The notes under the pieces: model-generated
The model's database searches: none
The model's input: the letters and a program-made list of their open reading frames with translations, nothing else
Told to the model about the DNA's origin: nothing
Origin: Acidobacteriota bacterium
Lineage (GTDB): Bacteria; Acidobacteriota; Thermoanaerobaculia; Multivoradales; UBA5704
Direction of reading: 5' to 3'
DNA: 64,000 nucleotides
NCBI GenBank assembly: GCA_040005235.1
Contig: JBDTZG010000024.1
Coordinates: 1-64,000 of the forward strand
Program-made: the position numbers and the translations under genes
Part shown: positions 48,484-61,807 of the stretch, in pieces
How positions within the stretch are numbered: the first letter of the stretch is position 1
Layout: every line of letters begins with the position of its first letter

Positions 48484-49176
48484 TTGAAAACCATCGGCCT
48501 GATCGGCGGCATGAGCTGGGAATCGACGGTCCCTTACTACCGCCAAATCAACGAGACGGTGAAGGAGCGTTTGGGCGGGCTTCACTCGGCGAAGGTGGTG
48601 CTCTACAGCGTGGACTTTCACGAGGTGGAGCGGTTGCAGCATTCGGGCGACTGGGAGGCCGCGGGGGCGTTGTTGGCCGGGGCGGCTCGGGCGGTGGAGG
48701 CGGCTGGGGCGGATTTTCTGGTGCTTTGTACGAACACGATGCACAAAGTCGCGGGAGCGATCGAAGGCGCGGTGGGTATCCCTCTTTTCCATATCGCCGA
48801 TCCCACGGCCGAGGAGATCAAGGCGGCGGGGTTTAGGACGGTGGGTTTGATCGGCACCCGGTTCACGATGGAGCAGGAGTTCTACAAGGATCGGCTTAGC
48901 GATCGACATGGCCTGGCGGTTCTGGTTCCTCCGGTGGAGGACCGCGAGATCGTGCATCGGGTGATCTACGAGGAGCTTTGTCTCGGCAAGATCGTCGACG
49001 GCTCCCGGGTGGAGTTCCGGCGGATCATGGCGGACCTGGTGAGTGAGGGGGCGGAGGCGATCATTCTCGGCTGCACGGAGATTTCGCTTCTGGTGGGAGC
49101 GGAGGACTCTACCGTTCCGCTGTTCGATACGACGAGCATCCACGCGCGGAAGGCGGCGGAGTGGGCCTTGGCGTAG
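48484..49176 (+). CDS. Aspartate/glutamate racemase family protein (YgeA/RacX-like)
   Basis: IGLIGGMSWEST, LCTNTMH, ILGCTEI. Confidence 0.93.
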   Translation: MKTIGLIGGMSWESTVPYYRQINETVKERLGGLHSAKVVLYSVDFHEVERLQHSGDWEAAGALLAGAARAVEAAGADFLVLCTNTMHKVAGAIEGAVGIPLFHIADPTAEEIKAAGFRTVGLIGTRFTMEQEFYKDRLSDRHGLAVLVPPVEDREIVHRVIYEELCLGKIVDGSRVEFRRIMADLVSEGAEAIILGCTEISLLVGAEDSTVPLFDTTSIHARKAAEWALA

Positions 49177-49331
49177 GGATGAGGCGGGCGACCTTGACGA
49201 GCTTGAAATCCGTCCTTGAAAAGGCTTGACCGGCAGTGTCGCCCCGCGCCGGGGGTGGAGTGGTTCTGCCCCCGGCGTTTTCTGACCGCCCCGCGATAGG
49301 CTAGGTCGCCGATCGCAATCCCCGGACACTC

Positions 49332-50309
49332 ATGAAGCTGATCATCCAGATTCCGTGCCTCAACGAGGAGGCCTCTCTGCCGACCACGCTCGCGGCCTTG
49401 CCGCGCTCGTTGCCGGGAATCGATTGCGTCGAGTGGCTGATCATCGACGACGGCTCGACCGATCGGACGGTCGAGGTGGCCCGGGCGCATGGGGTGGACC
49501 ACGTGGTCCGTTTCGGCACCAACCAGGGGCTCGCCCGGGCGTTCATGGCGGGGTTGGAGGGGGCGATCCGGGCGGGGGCGGACATTATCGTCAATACGGA
49601 CGCCGACAATCAGTACGACGCGGCGGACATCCCGAAGCTGATCGAGCCGATCCTCGCCGGACGGGCCGAGATGGTGATCGGCGCGCGGCCGATCGACGAG
49701 ATCACCCACTTCTCGCCGTTCAAGAAGCTGCTCCAGAAGATCGGCAGCTGGGTCGTGCGGAAAGCCTCGGGGACGACGATTCCGGACAGCCCGAGCGGAT
49801 TCCGGGCGTTTTCGAGGAACGCCGCGCTGCAACTGAATGTCTTCTCGCGCTACACCTACACGCTGGAGACGATCATCCAGGCGGGGCAAAAGGGGATTCC
49901 GATCACCTGGGTGCCGATCCGCACCAACGAGGATCTGCGCCCGTCACGCTTGGTGAAGGGGATCGCGGACTACGTGCGGCGGTCGGTGTTCACGATCCTG
50001 CGGATCTTCCTGCTCTATCGGCCGCTGCGGTCGTTCTTCTGGGTTGGGACGGTGTTCATCACGCCGGGGTTCTTTCTAATGGTGCGCTGGCTGGTGTTCT
50101 TCCTTCAGGGCTCCACCCGGGTTCGCGCGCCGTCGTTGATCCTCGCCGCGGTGTTGATCATCATCGGCTTCCAGACCTGGATTCTCGGCTTCGTGGCCGA
50201 TCTGCTCGCGGCCAACCGCCGGTTGCTCGAAGAGAACCAGCTCCGCCTGCGGCGACTGGAGCTTGGGACGCCCGCTCCTGTGCCGCCGGGCGAGGATCGC
50301 CGGCCTTGA
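49332..50309 (+). CDS. Glycosyltransferase family 2 with C-terminal TM helices
   Basis: [30 protein letters not shown]. Confidence 0.93.
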   Translation: MKLIIQIPCLNEEASLPTTLAALPRSLPGIDCVEWLIIDDGSTDRTVEVARAHGVDHVVRFGTNQGLARAFMAGLEGAIRAGADIIVNTDADNQYDAADIPKLIEPILAGRAEMVIGARPIDEITHFSPFKKLLQKIGSWVVRKASGTTIPDSPSGFRAFSRNAALQLNVFSRYTYTLETIIQAGQKGIPITWVPIRTNEDLRPSRLVKGIADYVRRSVFTILRIFLLYRPLRSFFWVGTVFITPGFFLMVRWLVFFLQGSTRVRAPSLILAAVLIIIGFQTWILGFVADLLAANRRLLEENQLRLRRLELGTPAPVPPGEDRRP

Positions 50310-51817
50310 GCGGTCCGCCGCTCTGGAATCGGTTCGAGCGGGAGGTGATCGAGCCGGGCAACTGCCTGCACTGCGGCGCGTGCGTGGGCTTGGCACCCGA
50401 GCTGTTGCGGTTCGAGGAGACGCCGCGCGGGCCGTTGCCGCGATGGATCGGCAAATCAGGGCAACCGGACGTAGGGGCGGAGCTCGCCTCCGCCCGGGAT
50501 GTCCGAGGCCTGCCAAATCGGGCGGAGACAAGCTCCGCCCCTACGGAGGATTCCGAAAACCTCGCGCTCGCCTGGGCCGTTTGCCCCGGCCGCGGCATTC
50601 CTTACCCGGAGCTGTTCGCCCATCTCGGCCGGCCGCCGGAGTCTTGGCTGATCGGGCCGTTCGAGCAGATCTACGTCGGCCATTCGGCGGATGAGGCCGT
50701 GCGGCGGCGGGGCGCTTCGGGAGGTGTGATTTCCCAGGTGCTCATTCACCTGTTGGAAACGGGCCGGATCGACGGGGCGGTCGTCTGCCGGCAGGGGGTG
50801 CCCGTTCCCGACACCGCGAGCCCGGTGATCGCCAGGACGCGCGACGAGGTGCTCGCCGCGGCACAGAGCGTCTATGCGGTGACGCCGATGCTTTCTATCC
50901 TCCCCGAGATGGCGAAGTTCGAGGGGCGGCTCGCATTCGTCGGCCTGCCCGAGCAGGTGGCAGCCTTGAGAATGTTGCAGGCGGCGGGTGATCCCGCGGC
51001 TTTGAAGGTCGTGTTCGTCGCCGGGCCGTACGTCGGCACCAACATGTATCGCGGCGCGGTCCGGGCGTTTCTGCGCGGCCATGGGGTGGCGGACGATGTG
51101 GCGATCGCCAAGCTCGAATGGCGGGCGGGCGAATGGCCGGGGTACCTGCGGGTCGAGACCGCTGAGGGCCAAGTGTTTTCGGCCCACAAGTTCTATTACA
51201 ACTACCTGATTCCGTTTTTCATCTCGCGCAATTGCCAGATCATTCCGGACTTCACGAACGAGGCGACCGACCTGTCGGTGGGCGATGCGTGGAGCCCGGA
51301 GCTGGAGACCGCCGGCGGCGGCCATTCGGTCGTGGTGGCGCGGAGCGCCGCGACGGTCGAGCTGCTGACCGAGATGAAGAACGCCGGCCGGCTCGCTCTC
51401 GATCCGATCGACTGGCAGCGGGCCGCGACGATGCACGGCCACATGATCGATTTCAAGAAGCGCGGGGCGTTTCTGCGGCTCGACGCGCAGGCACGGCGCG
51501 GGCTGCCGGTTCCCGACTACGGCTACCGCCCGGCATCGATCGCGCGGGAGCGCCGGGTGGTCGAAGCCGTGATCAGCGGCTCGTTCCGCTTCGGAAGGCA
51601 ACGTTGGGCGCGCTGGGTCGTTTCGCGCCTGCCGCTCGGGCTCGTCGGTCCGGCGTTCAACGCGCTGCGCAAGGGGTGGAAGTCGATCTCCAAGCCGACC
51701 AAGCGGAAGGGGCTGGCCGCGGTCGATTTCTCGTTTCGGCCGAATCCGGCACGCTGGGCGGAGATCGCCGATTTCGCGGGCCGGCAAGGCGAACCCTGCG
51801 AGCACTGCGAGCGATGA
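50306..51817 (+). CDS. Coenzyme F420 hydrogenase/dehydrogenase beta-subunit (FrhB-like) family protein
   Basis: [45 protein letters not shown]. Confidence 0.85.
   Translation: MSGPPLWNRFEREVIEPGNCLHCGACVGLAPELLRFEETPRGPLPRWIGKSGQPDVGAELASARDVRGLPNRAETSSAPTEDSENLALAWAVCPGRGIPYPELFAHLGRPPESWLIGPFEQIYVGHSADEAVRRRGASGGVISQVLIHLLETGRIDGAVVCRQGVPVPDTASPVIARTRDEVLAAAQSVYAVTPMLSILPEMAKFEGRLAFVGLPEQVAALRMLQAAGDPAALKVVFVAGPYVGTNMYRGAVRAFLRGHGVADDVAIAKLEWRAGEWPGYLRVETAEGQVFSAHKFYYNYLIPFFISRNCQIIPDFTNEATDLSVGDAWSPELETAGGGHSVVVARSAATVELLTEMKNAGRLALDPIDWQRAATMHGHMIDFKKRGAFLRLDAQARRGLPVPDYGYRPASIARERRVVEAVISGSFRFGRQRWARWVVSRLPLGLVGPAFNALRKGWKSISKPTKRKGLAAVDFSFRPNPARWAEIADFAGRQGEPCEHCER
50470..50545. repeat. 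GTAG-type REP-like palindromic element inside the FrhB-like coding sequence
   Basis: cgtaggggcggagct...agctccgcccctacg 15-bp perfect outer stem plus inner ctccgccc/gggcggag stem. Confidence 0.85.
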
Positions 51818-53427
51818 GCTATCTATCGCGCGCGCTCCGGGCGTACGCCGACCGGCAACTGCCGCGGGTGCTCACCCAGATGGATCGCGATCCGGATTCG
51901 CCCCGGTTCGGCAATTTCGACCGCAACCACTGGCACTACAAGATCCGCGATTTCTCCTCGGCGATTTTGCAGCAGGGGGCGTTCACGCTCGACGCTCTCC
52001 TCTGCGGCGACCTGGAAATGCCGGGCGATCCGGAGAAGATCGAGTCTTGGGCGGTTGGTGCGGTGAACGCGCTCGCGGCCCAGGTGCGGCGGGACGGCGG
52101 GGTCGACGAGTATTTTCCCTACGAGCGAAGCTACCCGGCCGCGGCCTTCGGGCTCTACGCGGCGGCGCGGTTGGCGCTCGATTGGCAGACTTCGCGGCCG
52201 GCGCTTGCGTCCGGGATCGAATGGCGCGGGCTGTCGCGGCTCGCGGCGCATCTGGATCGCCGGCAGGAGACGGAAGCCTCGAACCAGCAGGCGGCGGGGC
52301 TTGCGGCGCTTGCGCTCGCGGCGCGGCTGCCGGAGATCTCTCCCCGGGCCGCGCGCATAGCGGAGCACGCCGAGCGGTTGTTCGCGAGTCAACATGCTGA
52401 AGGATGGTTTCCCGAGTATGGCGGCCCGGACTTCGGCTATCTGACCGTGACGATCGACGCGCTGGTCGATTACCACGATGCGACGGACGATCCACGCGCT
52501 CCCGCCGCGATCGATCGGGCGGTCGAGTTTCTCGCTTCTCTGGTCGGCGCGGACGGGCGGCTTCCTTCGACTCTCAACAGCCGGAACACCGACTACGTGG
52601 TCCCCTATGGTTTGGCCCGAACGGGAGCGCGCAACCGCCGTGCGGCCTGGCTGGTCGAGACGCTGTTTCGGGATGCCGACGATCCCGGACACTTTCTTTG
52701 GGCGACCGACGATCGGTACCACAGCCACTATGTCTACGCGAGCGTCGTGCGGGCGCTGCCTCATCTCGATCGCATGCTCGCGGGCGAGCCGCCACCCGAG
52801 CGGGGCGGCGTGACGTTTGAGGGCGCCGGTTACCGCGTCGTCTGGAGCGAGGATCGGACCTGGAGCGCGGCGATCGGCCTACGGAAGGGCGGGCTGGTGC
52901 GCATTCATCGCCGCAACGCGCCGCCGCTGCTCGATCATGGTTGGCGGGTTCGGAACGGCTCCGCGCTCTGGACCAGCAACTGGTGGCAAGGGTCGGAGGC
53001 GCGCATCGAGGCCGCGGGAGCGGGAGACGATCACCTGCGGATCGCGGGCACTTGTAGGAAGGCGAGCTTTCTGGTGCCGACCCCTTGGAAGCACGCCGCC
53101 CTGCGGATCGCTTCGAAAGTGCTCGGCGCACGGCTGCTCAAGCCCTTGCGGCGCCTGTTGATCTTCAAGCCGCAGAGCGAAAATCCAAACGCCCCACGCT
53201 TCGAGCGGGAGATCGAGGTCAACGAGCGCGGCATCGCGGTGCGCGATCGCCTGACCTTTCCATCGGGAGCGGTAGCGGAGCGGAGCCCGCGGCAGAACCT
53301 GCGCCATGTGGCGAGCGCGGAGAGCTTTCATTCGGAAGATCTGCTGCTGCCGATCCCCGCGCGAATCGAGCGGTCGGCCACGGGACTCACCGCCGAATGG
53401 CGGTTCCCGGAGGGGCCAGGCTCTTGA
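51814..53427 (+). CDS. Hypothetical glycan-cluster protein (helical N-region, beta-rich C-region; possibly heparinase II/III-like)
   Basis: ATGA-coupled; [31 protein letters not shown]. Confidence 0.65.
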   Translation: MSYLSRALRAYADRQLPRVLTQMDRDPDSPRFGNFDRNHWHYKIRDFSSAILQQGAFTLDALLCGDLEMPGDPEKIESWAVGAVNALAAQVRRDGGVDEYFPYERSYPAAAFGLYAAARLALDWQTSRPALASGIEWRGLSRLAAHLDRRQETEASNQQAAGLAALALAARLPEISPRAARIAEHAERLFASQHAEGWFPEYGGPDFGYLTVTIDALVDYHDATDDPRAPAAIDRAVEFLASLVGADGRLPSTLNSRNTDYVVPYGLARTGARNRRAAWLVETLFRDADDPGHFLWATDDRYHSHYVYASVVRALPHLDRMLAGEPPPERGGVTFEGAGYRVVWSEDRTWSAAIGLRKGGLVRIHRRNAPPLLDHGWRVRNGSALWTSNWWQGSEARIEAAGAGDDHLRIAGTCRKASFLVPTPWKHAALRIASKVLGARLLKPLRRLLIFKPQSENPNAPRFEREIEVNERGIAVRDRLTFPSGAVAERSPRQNLRHVASAESFHSEDLLLPIPARIERSATGLTAEWRFPEGPGS

Positions 53428-55097
53428 GTGTGGCTGAAGGCTTGGCGCCCACCGAGCCGGGAACCGCAGAAAGTCCGCGATTCGGGCTCATCCCTTGGCT
53501 CGCTCTTCTCGCCGGGGCCGCCGTGCTCTTCCTGCTCGGGATCACCTGGGGCTTGCCGAGCTGGCGCGGCTGGGCGGGGGACGAGATCCGGCCGAACCAG
53601 GTGGCGTTCGCGGTCCATCGCGCGTTTTCCGGCGGCTGGCACACGAAATATCCGCCTTTTCATTACTACGTCTTGGCGCTGGTTCAAGCACCCATACGGG
53701 CGCTCGCCGGAGTCGGACCCGTTCCGGGAAAAGGGCTCGATCTCAACAGTTGGCTGTTCGTTCTGTCGCGGCTGGTGAGCGTCGCCATGGCGCTCGGCGC
53801 GGTGGCCGCGATCGCCGAGGTGGGCCGGTCGGTTTCGAATCGGCGCGCCGGGCTGTTCGCCGGTGTGCTGGTAGCGACCGGCGCGCCGTTCGTCTACTTC
53901 GCGAAGACGGCGAACGTGGAGATGCCTTTCTTCTTCTGGTTCGCGCTGTCGCTGGTTTTCTTCGTCCGCCTGTTGGACGGCCACCGGATGCGCGATTACC
54001 TGCTCTTCGGGGCATGCGCGGTGTTTGCGATCACCAGCAAAGACCAGGCGTACGGGCTGTACGCCCTCGTGCCGCTGGCCGTAGTTCCTTCGTTGATGCG
54101 GGCACGGACCCAAGAGGGGAGATCCGGGGGATTCTTCGGCGCGCTGTTCGATCGGCGCATCCTCGCGGTGCTCGGCCTCGGCCTCGGGCTGGCCGCGGTG
54201 ATCTACAACTGGGCCTTCAACTTCGGCGGGTTTCTCGCCCACGTTCACACCCTGCTCGGGCCGCAATCGGAAGAGGCCAAGGCGTTCGCCAACACCCCTG
54301 CGGGCCACTTCGGCAACCTGATCGAAAATCTGTCGCACCTGCGGTTCTGCATGGGCTGGCCGGCCTTCGTGGTGGCCGGGCTGGGTGTAGTGCATGTGCT
54401 GGTGAGGTCTTGCGGCCGGGAAAGGAAGATGTACGGCGCGCTCGCGGTTTTGGGCGGCTCCTATTACCTGACCTTCTTGCTGCCGATCCTGTTCAGTCGC
54501 GACCGCTACGTGCTGCCGCTCGCCTTGCTTCTAGCGCTACCGGCCGGCCGTTTTCTGGCGGCGATCACGCTGCTCGGCCGGCCAGCGCTTCGGGCTTTCG
54601 GCATCCTGGCCGCTACTTCCGTACTCGCCTACGGCGTTCTCTACGCCCTGTCGGTTGATCGGCGGATGATGCATGACGCGCGCTACGACGCCGAGGCCTT
54701 CGCCCGGGACAACGGCGGCTTGGCGGATTCTTTGGCGCTCGGCCGAGCGAAACACGCGCCGCGCCTGCCGCATGCCGGCTGGGGGAGCTTTCCGGCGGTG
54801 CTCGCGCGTCGCGCGCCGGGGATCGTCGCGGTCAACGTCATCGATCTGCGGACCCCAGCGGAGCGCGCGTCCTACGACCGGCTAATGTCGGGGGAGGTCG
54901 GTTATTTTCTCGCCAAGCGCTTCGAGTGGAGCTCGCGCTGGGATGTTCTGGATACTCGCGGCACCTATTCGAGCCTGGTGTTCGTGAATCCGGAGATGGC
55001 GTTGTTCCGTCGCGACCCCTCCCTGCCGCGAGGCGGGCGGAGCGGCCGGCGAAACGACGTTTTCGAAGAGAAAGAGCCCGCCCTCGACGAAGAGTGA
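53424..55097 (+). CDS. ArnT/PMT-like (GT-C) glycosyltransferase
   Basis: WAGDE, YPPFHY, RLVSV, FAITSKDQAY, RYVLPL; many TM helices. Confidence 0.82.
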   Translation: MSVAEGLAPTEPGTAESPRFGLIPWLALLAGAAVLFLLGITWGLPSWRGWAGDEIRPNQVAFAVHRAFSGGWHTKYPPFHYYVLALVQAPIRALAGVGPVPGKGLDLNSWLFVLSRLVSVAMALGAVAAIAEVGRSVSNRRAGLFAGVLVATGAPFVYFAKTANVEMPFFFWFALSLVFFVRLLDGHRMRDYLLFGACAVFAITSKDQAYGLYALVPLAVVPSLMRARTQEGRSGGFFGALFDRRILAVLGLGLGLAAVIYNWAFNFGGFLAHVHTLLGPQSEEAKAFANTPAGHFGNLIENLSHLRFCMGWPAFVVAGLGVVHVLVRSCGRERKMYGALAVLGGSYYLTFLLPILFSRDRYVLPLALLLALPAGRFLAAITLLGRPALRAFGILAATSVLAYGVLYALSVDRRMMHDARYDAEAFARDNGGLADSLALGRAKHAPRLPHAGWGSFPAVLARRAPGIVAVNVIDLRTPAERASYDRLMSGEVGYFLAKRFEWSSRWDVLDTRGTYSSLVFVNPEMALFRRDPSLPRGGRSGRRNDVFEEKEPALDEE

Positions 55098-55134
55098 ACG
55101 GAAGAGCCTCATGAGGCGTGCCCGAAGGAATCCT

Positions 55135-55300
55135 CGAACGCCCGCGAGCGTCCTGGTCGGCATTCTGATGATGGGGGCCGTGCGCGAGATCGACGGTCAA
55201 GGCGGCCGCGGGCAAAGGGCGCGAGGTCCACCCGGTGCTCTGGGGGCTCGCCCTGTTGCTCGTGCTGCGCTATGCGTTCCTACCGCTCTCGAGCGGTAGG
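55135..55300 (+). pseudogene. Relic of an NCS2/AzgA-type permease C-terminus
   Basis: SVLVGILMMGAVREID in one frame joined to VKAAAGKGREVHPVLWGLALLLVLRYAFL in another. Confidence 0.55.
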
Positions 55301-55343
55301 ACGCAGCCGGACGTCTTGACGACGGGACCCAGCCCCTCGGCGC

Positions 55344-55832
55344 TCAGCCCGAGAAGACGTCGACGCGTTCGTCGTCCGCGGTTTCGGCGAGCGAGCCGGC
55401 GCGGTGGAGGAAGCGCAGCAGGCGATGAAAGCCGGCGAGCATCTCGCCGAGCGCCTGTTCCTCTTCTTCCGGTAGCGGACGGTCGATCCCGAGCGTGCGA
55501 TAGACGTCGACTTTCGGTCCCGGCTCGCCACCGGCCGCCAACCCGCCGCGCCAGACCGAGGCCCAACCGCTCGGGTTCTGCGGTTCCGGGCGACGCCCGG
55601 TGAGAGGGCGCTCGTTGACGATCTGGAGCGCGCTGTGAAGATCGGACAAGTCGCTACCGAGCGAATCGAGGATCTTTTCGAGCGTGTCCAGGGACGGCTT
55701 CTGTTTGCCGGTTTCGTACGCCGAAAGCATCGCCTTGGTGATGCCGGCCGTATCGGCCACCTGGTACTGCCTCTTACCCTGGCGGTCGCGAAGCCAGCGC
55801 AAGGATCTCCCCAAACCATGAAAGATTGGCAT
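55344..55832 (-). CDS. XRE family HTH transcriptional regulator
   Basis: LRWLRDRQGKRQYQVADTAGITKAMLSAYETGKQKPSLDTLEKIL. Confidence 0.92.
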   Translation of the reverse strand: MPIFHGLGRSLRWLRDRQGKRQYQVADTAGITKAMLSAYETGKQKPSLDTLEKILDSLGSDLSDLHSALQIVNERPLTGRRPEPQNPSGWASVWRGGLAAGGEPGPKVDVYRTLGIDRPLPEEEEQALGEMLAGFHRLLRFLHRAGSLAETADDERVDVFSG

Positions 55833-55935
55833 GGCGACAACGATAGCGCGACCGATCTTCCTTGGCAACCGTAAGCTCAGTTCTTTCAATAACTTACATC
55901 CTGGCCTGTAGTAGCTTGCGACCGCAACTTGTTGC

Positions 55936-55965
55936 TTGACAAAGACAAGATGCAGGGCCTAGAGT
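55936..55965 (+). promoter_or_regulatory. Putative sigma70 promoter for the TPR gene
   Basis: TTGACA, 18 bp spacer, TAGAGT in the AT-rich divergent intergenic region. Confidence 0.5.
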
Positions 55966-56081
55966 TGCTGGCAACGAGAAAATTTTTTGCCGCAATGCTG
56001 CCGACGACCTGCTTTTTTATCTTTCCGGGGCGTCGAGTTTCCTTCCTGGAGAGAGGCCGGCCCGGCAGAGGAGGTCCGAAA

Positions 56082-57500
56082 GTGACGGCGAGCCATCCTG
56101 ATCCATCCCTTCTGGAGCGCTTTCTGCGGGGCGAGTTGGACGCTGAAGAGCGGAAAGGTGTCGTTCGCCACCTGATCGGAGGGTGCGCAGCCTGCCGCAG
56201 GTTGGCCGGCGATCTCTGGCAGGCACCTCCTCATCTCCCGGCCGCGCCGACCTCCGGCAGCGTCTCGTCCGAGCAAGGCCCCACCGAATACCTAGCCGGA
56301 TACTCAAGCGAATACCGCGAGGGCATGGACCGCGCGGTTCGCATCGCGCGGGAGCGACGGCCGGTGCTGGCGGCCGCTCGGCAGAAAGCGCCTCATTTGC
56401 TCGCCGAGTTGCTCGCGGCGCCCCCCTCGGAGCGTCTCGCTCTGGCTCACAAGGAGCCCCGGTTCGCGATTCCGCCGCTGTGCGAAGAGATCCTCCGTCG
56501 GCGCGCCGAGGTGGGACGGACCGCTCCCGGCCCCACCCGAGGGTATGAAAAAGCCGGAGAGCCTCCGATCGAGCAACGCCAGCTGGTGGACCTTGCGCTC
56601 GCGCTCGCCGAGCGTCTCGATGCCTCCGAGTGGGGATTGTCGATCGTACGTGACCTCGAAGCCAGAGCCTGGGCGCATCGCGGGGACGTCGCCCGCGAAG
56701 CGGGGCTTCGCGAGGAGGCGCAGCTGGCGTTCCGCATGGCGCACTCGCTCTACGCCTTGAGCTCCCAGGACCCCTGGGAATGGGCCGAGATTTCCCGGTA
56801 CGAGGCACGCTTCGAGTTTTTTCGCGGTCAGGCGGAGGCGGCCACCGCCCTGGGTCTCGAATCCGCGGCGCTCTACAGAAAGCTCGGCGAGCGCGATCTA
56901 CTGGCCGCGACCCTCACCGAAGTCGGGCCGATGGCGGTGCGGGCGAAACGGCCGGACCTCGCGATCGAGGCGCTTGCCGAGGCGATCGGGCTGTTCGATT
57001 CCGCGCGCGAACCGCGGCGGCTCGCCTGCAGTCTCAAGGGACTCGGTGCATTGCTCCTGGAAACCGATCGGGCGCGCGAGTCGCTGGGACATCTTTGGCG
57101 CGCCCGCTCGCTCTTCGAGCGGCTCGGCGAGGAAGACGAAGTTCTCCGCGTCCGCTGGCTCGAAGGGCGCGCGGCGCTCGCGGTCGGCAGCGTGGCGGAG
57201 GGAGAGGCCGCGCTTCTCTCGGTGCGGGGCCATCTCCTTGCGGCCGGGCTCAGCCAGGACGCCGCGGGCGTCCTGCTCGACCTGGTCCAGCTTTATTGGA
57301 GCCAAGGACGCCACGGAGAGATGCTCGACCTGTTCGGGGAGATCTTCTTGCCCTATCGCACGCGCGACCTCGAACGGGGGACGATCGGGGCGGTCCTGAT
57401 GCTGCGCCGCGCGGTCGAGACGGGGAGCGCCACGATCGAGATGGTCCGCGAAGTCGCAAGGTACCTGGCCGCAAGCCGGCCGAGCTGTCGATTGGGATAA
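56082..57500 (+). CDS. TPR-repeat protein with N-terminal HxxxCxxC zinc-finger-like segment (paralogue of 2484-3776)
   Basis: GAGGAGG RBS and GTG start; HPDPSLLERFL...HLIGGCAACR; EARAWAHRGD; LRVRWLEGR; DAAGVLLDL. Confidence 0.8.
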   Translation: MTASHPDPSLLERFLRGELDAEERKGVVRHLIGGCAACRRLAGDLWQAPPHLPAAPTSGSVSSEQGPTEYLAGYSSEYREGMDRAVRIARERRPVLAAARQKAPHLLAELLAAPPSERLALAHKEPRFAIPPLCEEILRRRAEVGRTAPGPTRGYEKAGEPPIEQRQLVDLALALAERLDASEWGLSIVRDLEARAWAHRGDVAREAGLREEAQLAFRMAHSLYALSSQDPWEWAEISRYEARFEFFRGQAEAATALGLESAALYRKLGERDLLAATLTEVGPMAVRAKRPDLAIEALAEAIGLFDSAREPRRLACSLKGLGALLLETDRARESLGHLWRARSLFERLGEEDEVLRVRWLEGRAALAVGSVAEGEAALLSVRGHLLAAGLSQDAAGVLLDLVQLYWSQGRHGEMLDLFGEIFLPYRTRDLERGTIGAVLMLRRAVETGSATIEMVREVARYLAASRPSCRLG

Positions 57501-57522
57501 GAAGGCAAAGGCCGGAAAGCCC

Positions 57523-57548
57523 TCAGGGCCGGGAGACCCTGAGGGGCG
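57523..57548. terminator. Hairpin between convergent genes
   Basis: ccctcaggg-ccgggaga-ccctgaggg. Confidence 0.4.
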
Positions 57549-57570
57549 CAGAGACCTGATCGGCCTGCCT

Positions 57571-60699
<3,129 letters not shown>

Positions 60700-60830
60700 G
60701 GGGTCTCCCTTTTAGGGCGATGGGACTTGAAATTCATGCGCCGCTCGGAGCGGGCGGCGCGAGCGCAATGGAGCGCAATAAGGCCCGCGCCGAGATTTAA
60801 GCGGCGCGGGCTCGAAGCTCGTCGAATCGG

Positions 60831-61595
60831 TTACTTCGGTTTCGGCGCCGCAGCTGCCGCGAGGCTCGCCGGTTTGCCGAACCGGTCGGCCGCTAGGGTC
60901 GGATTGACCTCGATCTTTTCGATCGTCATCGAAAATCCGCCCGGACCCGGAGCGCCTTTCTGCTTGCTCTCCGAGGAGAAAGCGTAGAGACCGCCGTCGA
61001 CTTCCTTGTAGTCGCCGAAAGTGGTGATCGTCTCGACCTCCTGTCCACGCACGGTGGACTTGCCCTCGCTCTGGACCAGCAGGGAAGAGTCCGCGTCGAA
61101 ATACAGGGTCTCGACGTCGCCGCTCTTCTTGGTCACCTTGAGTTTGTAGGCGGGCGCGCCTTCGAGGTCAACCTTGCCGAGCATTTCCACCGTGTGTCCC
61201 TTGTCCTTGTAGTCGACGAACGAGCCGTCGATGTCGGCTTCGTCCTTCATCGACTTGAGTTCGTCGTCCGACATCGGCTCGGCGTCTTTCTTGCCGAGGA
61301 ACGGCATCAACTGCCAGCCAGCGGTGCCGTCGGACGTGATTACGGCGGTCATTCCCTGGATCACGAACTCCAGGTGCATTTTGTTCGGGCGTGCGATTTC
61401 GACCACGAACGGCGCCTCGATTCCGGGACCGAACGTGCGTTTGCCGGTCATGCGGAGCGCCTGGACGGATTTGACCTTTTCACGCCCACCGCGGGCCTGA
61501 ATGTTCTTCTCGATCACCTCGTCGGCGGTCTGGGCGAAGGCCGAAGCGGCAAAGACCGCGGCAACGGCGAAAGTCATCAGCGATTTGCGAAGCAT
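60831..61595 (-). CDS. Secreted protein, outer-membrane lipoprotein-sorting/LolA-like fold
   Basis: Signal peptide ending AFA; QTADEVIEKNIQARGG, AYKLKVT, YFDADSSL, DYKEVDG. Confidence 0.7.
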   Translation of the reverse strand: MLRKSLMTFAVAAVFAASAFAQTADEVIEKNIQARGGREKVKSVQALRMTGKRTFGPGIEAPFVVEIARPNKMHLEFVIQGMTAVITSDGTAGWQLMPFLGKKDAEPMSDDELKSMKDEADIDGSFVDYKDKGHTVEMLGKVDLEGAPAYKLKVTKKSGDVETLYFDADSSLLVQSEGKSTVRGQEVETITTFGDYKEVDGGLYAFSSESKQKGAPGPGGFSMTIEKIEVNPTLAADRFGKPASLAAAAAPKPK

Positions 61596-61807
61596 GCTCG
61601 TTCTCTCCTCTAAAGCGGCTCGGTAGGCAGGCGAGCTTACCGGTCCCGGCCGGAGGTCTACCTTTCGGCTCTGGTGGCCGCTTTTTGAGGATACGCCGGT
61701 TTGGGGGGAAAAGTTGCGGCCGGCACGTTGCGAACGTCGCGCTCAACACCTTGCCCCTGGCCGCCTCCCCCGCTACGCTTGGCTCGCAAATCTTCTCGGG
61801 AGGATCC

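Noticed and set aside
49355-50305. 820-aa fusion reading of the FrhB-like gene, and similar extensions of ORFs 4913, 9212, 22657, 51232 and 53085
   Set aside because: The extensions overlap real upstream genes in other frames; true starts are at the coupled or RBS-supported codons
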